A stretch of DNA of 64,000 nt. Source: the human T2T-CHM13v2.0 reference genome, Homo sapiens. The notes under the pieces are model-generated. The model did not search any database, was not told the origin of the DNA, and saw only the letters and a list, made by a program, of their open reading frames with translations. Of this stretch, positions 51,875 to 64,000 are shown piece after piece (position 1 is the first letter of the stretch; the number at the start of each line of letters is the position of its first letter). The position numbers and the translations under genes were made by a program. The stretch lies in assembly GCF_009914755.1 (NCBI RefSeq), contig NC_060926.1; one strand, 5' to 3'.

Positions 51875-52173
51875 TTATTATTTATTTATTTAGAGACAGG
51901 GTCTCACTCTGCCACCGAGGCTGGAGTTCAGTGCACGATCATAACTCACTGCAGCCTTGAACTCCGAGCTTGAGTGACCCTCCTGCCTCAGCCTTCCAAG
52001 TAGCTGAGACTACAGGCACATACCACAACACCCAGCTAATTTTTGTATTACTTTATAGAGGCAGGGTGTCACTGTGTTTCCCAGGCGTGTCTCAAACTTT
52101 TAGCCTCAAGCAGTCCTCCCATCTCTACCTCCCAAAGCGTTAGGATTATAGCTGTGAGCCGCCGCACCTGGCC
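51875..52173 (-). mobile_element. AluJ
   Basis: ctcactgcagccttgaactcc. Confidence 0.85.
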
Positions 52174-53712
52174 TACATTTTTTAGAGATGGAAAATAAGT
52201 GTCACATGATCTCATTATTTCTGGAGGAGAATCTGAATGTCCTCAAAATGTTTTTTTCAGACTTGAATAATCTTAAATTTAATTTTTCTCTTGTAGAACT
52301 TCAAACTAGGCCTGTTTAGATTTAACACATAATTACCTGGTCATGTTGAGAAACTGAATGACTCAGATCTCTACTGGAAAGAAATCTGCTTATTTTGAGG
52401 AAAAAGGAAGTCATCAATCACTAAATCCAAGTCTTCCTCTTACTGTGCTGCCTCCCTGCTCTAGGATTAGATTCATTGTTATTTACCATTTCAGTACAGT
52501 GATATCCTAACTGTACAGGTATATCAAAATGGAAGGACAGTTATAATATCTTAGAAAATTGAGAAGTAATTGACTGTTAGCTACCTGTCCAAAAATGGCT
52601 TCAGATTAAAAATACTTGAAAAGTCATTTTGAATTATATACTGTCTAAAATCCCTCAGTAATTTATTGTAGCCAAATGCTTTATCAAATAATTTAAAAAT
52701 AAATAAAACGAACTCATTTATAAAATTGGGGAAAGGAAAAACCCTGAATAATCTTGTCATTCTAACAGGTTACAGTTCTGATGTGTTTCTTTATTGTTCT
52801 TTATCAGATATACATTTTATACATTCATTCATTCATTTAACAGATATTTACTGAGTGCTTATTTTGTCAGACCCTATCCTAGGCATTCAGAGTTACAGTA
52901 GTTACAGTGTTGAACTGTGTGGAACTTACATTCATGCTCCATAGACAAAACAGATAAATACTTCATATGTCAGGAAGGTGATATATATGAGGAAAGAATA
53001 AGGAGAGCAGAGAATTGCTATTTTATATAGAGTAGTTAGGGAAGACATTTCTGATATGGTGACCTGAAGGAAGTGAATGAAATATGAAGTATGTAGATAA
53101 CTGTAAAAAGGATTTTATGAACAGAGGAAGCCGTTCATAAAAGTATATAAGTATATAAGCCTCTAGGCAGGAACTTTCTTGCTCTATTAAGGAATAGCAA
53201 GGAGGTCATTCATCATAGAGTACATACAATTTTGTATTATTTAGCAATTACATTTATAAAATACAGATTCATTCCAAGCAAGAGAAGTTTCATGAGGTAC
53301 CTCATGCAGGAAAGGGAAGCAAAGTGATATAGCAGAAAGGGCAAATGAGTAGTAAACATGAGACCTAGTTAGGGGTAAAATGACCTGTATCACAGAAAAT
53401 TAAAGAATCACAGTTCTACACTATGAGTTAGATAACTCATAACTTTGGGAGAAGCTGAAAATTCCATTTGCTAAAGGAAATGATTTTAGAAAACTAAACA
53501 TTGTTGTCTGATAAAATTTTTCCTGTTACCCTGAGACTTTGGGTCTCAGTTTCCTTACACATATTTAGGCTTAGATTAGATATCACTAAGGTCTTTTTGG
53601 TAACTTTCTGAAAGCTTTTTCTTGGAGCAAACAGGAAAGGAAGGACAGTTGCCTCCTGTCCCCACAATACCTTCACTAACTTGCTTGTGAACTACCTTTT
53701 GAAGAACTTAAA

Positions 53713-53918
53713 GGCTAGGTGGGGTGGCTCATGCCCATAATCCCAGCATTTTGGGAAGCCAAGGTGGGTGGATTGCTTGAGCTCAGGAGTTCAAGATCAG
53801 CCTGGGCAACATGGCAAAACCCCATCTCTACCAAAAATACAAAAAATTAACGAGGCGTGGTGGCACACGTGTAGTCCCAGCTACTTGGGAGGCTGAGGTG
53901 GGAGGATGGCTTGAATGC
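53713..53918 (+). mobile_element. 3'-truncated AluJ
   Basis: Stops after ggatggcttgaa. Confidence 0.82.
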
Positions 53919-54339
53919 AGGTGCTTTTGTTCAGAGCCTTGCATTATGTTTTCTGACCTTTTGGCTCCAGGCACGTTTAGTCCTAAAATCTGTTCACACC
54001 TGTGCAAACTGAGCATTGTATCTGAAAGAATAGCTAAAATTTATCGATAAAGATATATAATAGCGGTGTCCTGCTGACTCTGTATATTGTGTCACCTATT
54101 GAGAGGGTGTATATTGTCATTTACTGAGAGAGTGTGCAGTTTGAAACAAATGAAAAAAGTCAAAAGCCTTTAATCGAACTACAGACAGATTCTTTCCTTT
54201 TTACCAAGGTGGTATCCCAAACTTGGCAATTCCCGAATTTAGGAAGAAGTTTGTTGAGTGTGGATAAACAGAAAGGACGGAAGACCAATGCATTTCCAGT
54301 GGAGACACATACTTAATTCTAAAACCTATGTATTTTCTT

Positions 54340-54657
<318 letters not shown>

Positions 54658-54916
54658 TAATAACCTGTATAACCATAACTTGGATCCCTACATCTGGGCT
54701 TTGTCCAAGTATTCTCTGTATTTTTATTTATTTTATTTAAGAGGGTAGAGAAGGCACTGCCAAGGACAGCAGGCCCGCCAGGCCGCTGGTCTCGCCATCT
54801 GTATTTTAAAAGGAGACCCAAAAAAGGGGACCTTTCCTCTGTTGGAGATTTTTTTTTAAGCCCTATAAAGCAAAGATCTGATTTCATAATGTTGTGGTTA
54901 GTAGCAGTCTTCCAGA

Positions 54917-55343
54917 TTAAAATATGTTTGAAGGCTGTCCAATTTTTTAAAATAGAAACTATCCCAACTTCTAAGAACATGTTCTTGACATCCTCTTTCC
55001 TTATTTTCAGCGAAGAAAAAAGCCCCAACTGCCTTCTCTGGACATCAAGTATATGACTTCATTAGAGAGCGTTCTAATCTTATACGTATTTATTGTGGTT
55101 AAAGTCTTTTCATTCAAATTACGCGTATTTTTGCTATACACATACTTTTTAAAAAAATCTAAACTAGAAAATGTAATTAACCAGAAATTTTTCAGTCTTC
55201 AAGTCTGCCAGTTAACTGAGTGAAATATTTTCATAGTTAGAAATCTGTGCTGTCCAGGCCGGGCACAGTGGCTCATGTCTGTAATCCCAGCACTTTGGGA
55301 GGCCAAGGTGGGCAGATCACCTGAGGTCAGGAGTTTGAGACCA
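54917..55343 (+). repeat. Inverted duplication, arm 1 (340 bp non-Alu sequence + first 87 bp of an Alu)
   Basis: Reverse complement of 55932-56359 by manual alignment; about 6 substitutions and one 1-bp indel. Confidence 0.96.
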
Positions 55344-55532
55344 GCCTGGCCAACATGGCAAAACCCCATCTCTACAAAAATACAAAAATTTGCCAGGCAT
55401 GATGGCACCTGTCTGTTGTCCCCACCTACTTGGGAAGCTGAGGCAGGAGAATCGCTTGAACCCGGGAGGCGGAGTTTGCAGTGAGCTGAGATCGCACCAC
55501 TGCACTCCATCTCAAAAAAAAAAAAAAAAAAA
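55257..55532 (+). mobile_element. AluS with a short 3' deletion
   Basis: Dimer; gcactccatctcaaaa lacks the segment between two actcca copies; ctgtcca on both flanks. Confidence 0.9.
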
Positions 55533-55931
55533 CCCTGTCCAAAAATGGCAGTTATATTCTATACTGTATTTCTTACTCTAGTAATTGTTATTGTTTTCTA
55601 GAAGCACTTTGAAAAGAATGCTAAAATTTGTGATTAGCTGTAGCCAGGAAGAGTTGCGGTTGATCAGTGGCATATACCAAGATTTCAAGGAAAAAGCATA
55701 GTAAATCCTGTGCCACGTCCCTGAACTACACTCACAATTCTCCAAAGAACAGTTTCACCAAAAATATTCTATTGTTTTCCTTTAATAATGCTTTTTAAAC
55801 TTTGGTGAACTATTTTAATGTTTCTAAAAATATATTCAAATAATATAGTGAGCACCTGTATACTGACCACCCAGATTTATCAGATCTTTACATTTTGCTT
55901 TATTTGATTCAGGGGTTTTTTTCATTTGTTT

Positions 55932-56359
55932 TGGTCTCAAACTCCTGACCTCGGGTGATCTGCCCACCTTGGCCTCCCAAAGTGCTGGGATTACAGACAT
56001 GAGCCACTGTGCCCGGCCTGGACAGCACAGATTTCTAACTATGAAAATATTTCACTCAGTTAACTGGCAGACTTGAAGACTGAAAAATTTCTGGTTAATT
56101 ACATTTTCTAGTTTAGATTTTTTTAAAAAAGTATGTGTATAGCAAAAATACACGTAATTTGAATGAAAAGACTTTAACCACAATAAATACGTATAATATT
56201 AGAACGTTCTCTAATGAAGTCATATACTTGATGTCCAGAGAAGGCAGCTGGGGCTTTTTTCTTTGCTGAAAATAAGGAAAGAGGATGTCAAGAACATGTT
56301 CTTAGAAGTTGGGATAGTTTCTATTTTAAAAAATTGGACAGCCTTCAAACATATTTTAA
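55932..56359 (-). repeat. Inverted duplication, arm 2 (probable derived copy)
   Basis: tggtctcaaactcctgacc...gccttcaaacatattttaa is the reverse complement of 54917-55343; begins abruptly mid-Alu. Confidence 0.96.
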
Positions 56360-58507
56360 GAAATAACATTATAGTTGAAACTTCTCATTAATCCTGTTTA
56401 ATCAGAATTTTTATATACAGGTTTTTAATGTTCTGCTGAGGCCTCCTGATTGCCTCCCTGCTATAGTTAATTGAGAAAGCAGAGCCAGGGTGTTAAATAT
56501 TTTGACATTTGAAGTTTCCTTTTCAAATTTCTTATTTTTAAAAAATTAAGTGCAACTTGGTATATTCATATAAAATGAAAAGCTTTTTCATTTATTTAGT
56601 GCTTTAAATAATTTTTCCTGAGGATATAAGTGAATGAGTTGGGAGAATTTTAAAAATAAAACCATATTTTGCCTACAGAAAAGTTTTAAGCAGTATAGTT
56701 AGTCTTTTAGCAGTTTTATGTGTCTCATATTGTTGAAATAGATTTCTTTTCCATCTTTTCCCAATAAAGTCATTTCAAGCAGTAAAAATAATCTAAAATG
56801 CTTAAGCAAACTCATGTCTGATATTTTCAAGTAATTTTATGACAGAATTGTAAACAAAACATCAAGAGAAATCTGATTAAAGGAGTTTAGGTTCAAGAAG
56901 GTGGGTAACTGTAAGTTGGCTTGCTAGTGTAATTAGTATAAGAGTTGATTAACAGGTGCACAAGACATGGTTATGTCTCCAATCTAAGCTCTTAAGAGGT
57001 TAGGTTCATATCTTTTACACTGTGCATCCCCCACCCCACTATGTAATTAAAAATTCAGGAAATTTTATCAGCCAATAGAAGAAAAAAATTAAAGTAGCAT
57101 TTTGTACTTAGTCAGATTTTTTCAGACCCAAGTTTTATGCTAGCTAATAAAACTACTAATCTTTAGCAAGTACTGGAACTAAAAATTTTTTAAATCTGTG
57201 AAATAAGAAAGTTAGATTATACCCTTCTAAATTCCCTTTTAGTTTATTTGGTTATCTACATTTTATGATTTAACTATTTTTACAGCTAGATCATTGAAAG
57301 GGGGCAAAATCCAAACATGCTTACAGATTCCATTGTTTCATTGGAATTTTAAAATACTGAATTATAACCAGAAAATAACTGGATCATTAACTGGAACTTG
57401 AAGTCTTTTGTTTGGATAAAGAACCTTTTTAAGAAAAGATTTTAGCCTTCCAAAAATGGTCCTTGTCACTTTCTACTATAAAATTACAGTAAATATTTCT
57501 AGCATTTTGGTTGTCCTTTTGTTTAACTCTGTGGTTTTGGGAAGTAGAGACTGATAGTATCAGAAAAAAGGCTCAAATTAAGTAAAGATTCTTTAAGTTT
57601 CTGTTTGCAGAAATTAAGTAGCATCATACTCTCCTACCTTTCAGTTAAATATAAAACTCAAATTCCAGTTTGGGGGAGGCTTTTTAGTTCTAAAGATTGT
57701 AAAATACAGATTAAAAAATGGATTCCTAAAATGGAAACTTTCAGGAGAAAGATGCTTTAAGTTGTAAGCAATCTAAACGTTCAGAAGGCTTTCTACAGGT
57801 AGTACCCATTACACAAATAATTACAATCACAGTCCAAATCCCCGAAGTTCTGCTGTTGCCTTTGAAAGGCTTTTTTTTTCTTTTTAAACAATCTCTAAGT
57901 CCAGAAATAAAGCAAGCTTAAAAAGAAAATCACTGGAGCAACTGATCTTGGAATGGAGTATGCCCAGAGCCATCTCCCTTCTCCACTCTGCCTGAATTTT
58001 TCCTTTTCCTTTGTTACAATTTGTGAACGATTAATACTTTTTTATAAGGATCTTAAATTACTTTAAAAACCATTATTTATACGTGAGTATGAACCATTTT
58101 GAAAATATGGCTTTGCTCAGAACACCTGAGATAACTGTCCCAAAAGAATGAGAGTTTTGATTAGGGAATATGATAACCACTTTGCAATTTGGGACACCTC
58201 GGAGTATCAGATGGCCTAAGGGAGATACAAAAGTAGAAGAGCAAAACCCAAGGAAACTGAAGGGCAAGCATTAGGAGGAATGGGTGAAGGACACAGAAGG
58301 GAAAGTGCAACATCAAGTATTTCAATTTTTTGCCTAACAATCACTCTTTCCAAAGATAGTAGAGCAGAAACATCTTCCTCTTCTACTGTACTCCCTGATT
58401 TCCAGCTGTTGGGATTCAGAGCTCAAGCTAGTACTATTTGGATTAAAAGGAAGCTGTATTGTCACCCGGTAACTGGACTAGCCTGAGGCCCTTAGCAGTA
58501 TCTGAAC

Positions 58508-58808
58508 AGCACTGCCTAATGGAAATACAATGTATAACGCATATGTAATTGAAATTTTTCTAGTCAAATTTTTAAAAAGTCACAAGTAATATTAAGTTTT
58601 AATAGCATATTTTTAACTCAATGTAGCTAAAATACTGTCATTTTGATGTGTGATCAGTATAAAAAAATTATTAGTGAGATATTTTACTTTTCTTTTCATA
58701 CTAAGTCTTCAAAATCTGGTTTGTATATTTCCAGTATATCTCAATTCAGACTAGCCACATGGTAAGTGTTCAGTAATCAGTGTCTTGTCATTTTAGACAG
58801 AGCAGGTC
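58508..58808. mobile_element. MER33-like hAT element
   Basis: cagcactgcctaat...ctcaattcagactagccacat...ttagacagagcag. Confidence 0.7.
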
Positions 58809-60895
58809 TAGATCATAGTTTTAGAGTGGAAATGTTTCCCGAGTTCTAAGTAATAGAATTTTGGAACAAAGTCTAAAAATTTATTTAACCTCTCTGAGTG
58901 TTGGTTTCCCCTTCTGTAAAAGGAGGTTAGACTAGGAGAGCTATAAGATTTCATCCAGCCCCAACATTATATGTGTCTGGGGAAATGAACAACAGCCTTT
59001 ATGAACAATATCCTACAGAATTTCTTCTTTAATAATTAAACTACTCTATCACTGATCAGATTGACTTAAGAATATTTATGTTGTTTGAACATAAGTTAGT
59101 AAGTGCTAAAGCTGAGATTCAAACCAAGGTCTGTATCACAAAGCTTGTCTTCTCTTCACTCCCTCTCAGTCCCAGAAATTTTCACCATACCAAGGTTGGA
59201 GATAAAATGTTGAGTCTGGTTATATTTAAGTTAGCATCAGCTTCATTATTGAATACCTCATACTGTGTTTAACTATCATGAGGCAGGTAGTTTTCCTCAC
59301 TTTCCTTTTCTGGACCACCAGACTTTGTATTGTTACTGATCTCGTATTCTGCTTTGATCAGTCCCATCGCCCATCCCTTATTGAGTTTCCTGGTGGTTTA
59401 TAGTGAAGACAGGTAGAAAGTAGCATTGGGATAATACATACTGACTATAAGTTTTATGATTGTAAGATCAAGAAGCCCGAGAATCTCAGGAAAAAGTTTG
59501 CAGTGAGAATTTGACAATGACTGGGGAGAAAAGAGGCTCCTCTTCATCTATGTATTTTACCTAATACCCAAGGTAAAGAGTGTCTTCCTAAAAGAAGAGG
59601 TTGCAAACTGGTGTTGTGTGCAGGCCAAAGGTATGTTTTCATATGATGTTTCCCCTTTTTTGGTAGAGGAGTAAACATTTTAAAATTGGCAGGTTTCACA
59701 ATAAATTATAGATTTTCTATTTCTTTTGAAAAATAAGAAGACCTAGTACCACTAGGTCCACATTCTTCATGGAGTGGCCTTGCTGCTCCCTCGCTGAGAT
59801 GGGGTATGGGGTATTCGAATACAGTGTCCCCACCCTCAGTCATCATGTACTCTCCCACTTCTCTCATTTTCATTTCCTGCAAATGAATTTGTGTTGTTTT
59901 AAAGTGTACATAATAGACTCAGCAGAATTCTAGTTTGCTTACTTGCTGTTCTGCGGACAGTCACTTTAAAGCTTATGAAAAGATACTATAGTGTACTAAA
60001 TCATAAACAATTGCTAAACAGTGTTTAGAGTGGTCATAAATCCCTTTCAAAGGCAAAAGGATAAATATGTCAATAACCTCATATTATGCTTTACAGTGTG
60101 ATGTCTTATTTAATCACTTATAATTCCAAACAGTAGGTAGTATTATCACTTTATGTATTGAGAAAACGAAGCCAGTCTTGCAGTTAACAAAGCGTGAAGC
60201 TAAGATTCAAGTCGTAATCTTTTCCAAAGCTCATGCTGTTTTCACTATAATGTATTGCCAGAAATTGTTTGAAGTGCTTAGGTTATATACTTGATCTCCA
60301 ACATATATGACCAATTTATAGATAGTGAAAGCATTGTCATCCTAATATGCATTGCCATTTTTATATCATATCAGAAAAGTTAGAAGCACTACATCATGCC
60401 TTTGCTTTTCTACTTGGTTTCTTAGGCTGCTTGACACTTGATACCCAATATGGTGTTCTGAGCTGTGCCTGTTCAAAAAGGAGAGCATTTTTTTTTCTTC
60501 CTTGATACTATCACTAACCCTCCCCCTTTGCTATACCTACACTCCTTTCTAAGTGGTGATAGAAGCATCTATTAAATGTCTTTTTTATTCAGAAAGTATT
60601 TATGATGTACACCTCTGATAAAAGATCCTGGAATAAATTCCAAAGGATGAGATATCTGCCTTCAGAAAGTTTGTAATCTTAAAAACTAGAGGAAAAATTA
60701 TATAACAAGTTGACACTTAAAAGAGTAAACTATACAAATAAGGACAAGGAAATACAGATCAGGATGACTGCAGAAGTAGGGAATATTTACAGCTGGTCAT
60801 TTTCTTATCAAATTTCAGCTATGCTAAAAATCATCAGGAAGCAGAGCCCACTCTTAGATTCAGAAGTAATGAAGACGTACATCATGTGATGTTGA

Positions 60896-61303
<408 letters not shown>

Positions 61304-61715
61304 CAAGCAAACCTTTTAATCTGACTGAAGAAATACTTGCAGACATTCAAGAAGTAATTAATCTTTCCTTCCTCTTCATGGTTTGCATCATATAAACTAC
61401 TGCATTATTACATACTCTTCTCCTTAGGTCGTTTAAGTCATTATTAGAGATCCTAAGGTTGTATCAGCCTCTGGTTGATGATCACATTTTCAGTCTGGTT
61501 CTAATGCTATTTTCATATCATGCCAGACAAGTTGGCAAGTGCTAGACATTTCCCATGTATTTGTACTAAGTCTTTGTCTCCCCTTTAGCTCCTTTTGTAA
61601 CCATTTCACAATCACCATCAATATTATTAAACCTGTTGTATGTAGGTCACTGGGATGCTAGAGGCAGGGTTAAGTCGGGGTGGGGTTTTTTTGGTTTTTT
61701 GTTTTCAAAGGACTA

Positions 61716-62401
<686 letters not shown>

Positions 62402-62599
62402 CTAGACTTGTGTTTTTTAACGTTTTAGTTTTAGACTGTCGCAGATCTTATAAACACCTATTGGTTTATGTAAATATAAGATACCTATGCTGCCAATAAG
62501 GAAACTGTTTCTTAGCACTGTCTTGAAAATCTCAGGGTATTATATTTGAAATCTTGAGGTCATGTTTTTGTTTTTTATTATTGCAAGATGTGTGTGTGT

Positions 62600-63550
<951 letters not shown>

Positions 63551-63835
63551 TGTAGGTTCATCCAGTAGCGTGGTAGACATGGTTGTTGTCTATCCAAATA
63601 ATCTCACTCTTCTTTTCAAGTGTTAGAAAAACTGCTGTCACAAAATTTTCTTTAGCATTTTTCTACTCAGCCTTCCTGGACTTCTTGTAGAAATGTGTCA
63701 ACTTAGATAAATTATATTTTAATTATCAAAAAATTATTCTCAGTTAAGGAAATGGCCATTGGTTTATTTTTCCCTACAATGTTTTAGACTAGGACTTTAT
63801 AGTATCACTTTGTTTTCTGTATGCTGTGTAATGTA

Positions 63836-64000
63836 GTTGGCCCTCTGTATCCATGGGTTCTACATCCACAGATTCAGCCAACCATGGGTTGAAAATATTT
63901 GGGGAAAAAAATTGTCTGTTATACTGAATATATGCAGACTTTTGTCATTATTTTCTAAACAATACAACAACTATTTACATAGCATTCACATCATATTATG
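63836..64000 (+). mobile_element. MER2 (runs off the window end)
   Basis: gttggccctctgtatccatgggttctacatcc. Confidence 0.78.

Overview
Primate (almost certainly human) genomic DNA from the 5' part of EML4 (echinoderm microtubule-associated protein-like 4, chr2p21), on the + strand. The window starts in intron 1 and ends in intron 6. It holds coding exons 2, 3, 4, 5 and 6 (6a) plus the alternative 33-nt exon 6b. All have AG/GT ends, and their phases join into one open frame encoding the coiled-coil trimerisation domain and the basic region. Introns 2 and 6 are the known EML4 breakpoint introns for EML4-ALK variants 5 and 3a/3b. The rest is intronic and repeat-rich: roughly 40 Alus, old L1M/L2/MIR pieces and DNA transposon fossils (Tigger1/2/3/4, MER1A, MER2, MER8, MER33, MER58). 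Apart from a few that overlap the exons, the supplied ORFs are Alu/repeat or chance ORFs. The most unusual structure is a ~427-bp, ~98% identical inverted duplication in intron 6 (54917-55343 / 55932-56359), made mostly of non-repeat sequence. Also noted: a two-piece locally templated insertion (11688-11738), sequence similarity suggesting exon 6b is a duplicate of exon 6a, and a candidate poison exon or recursive splice site near 49.3 kb. Repeat subfamilies and boundaries were called by eye and are approximate.
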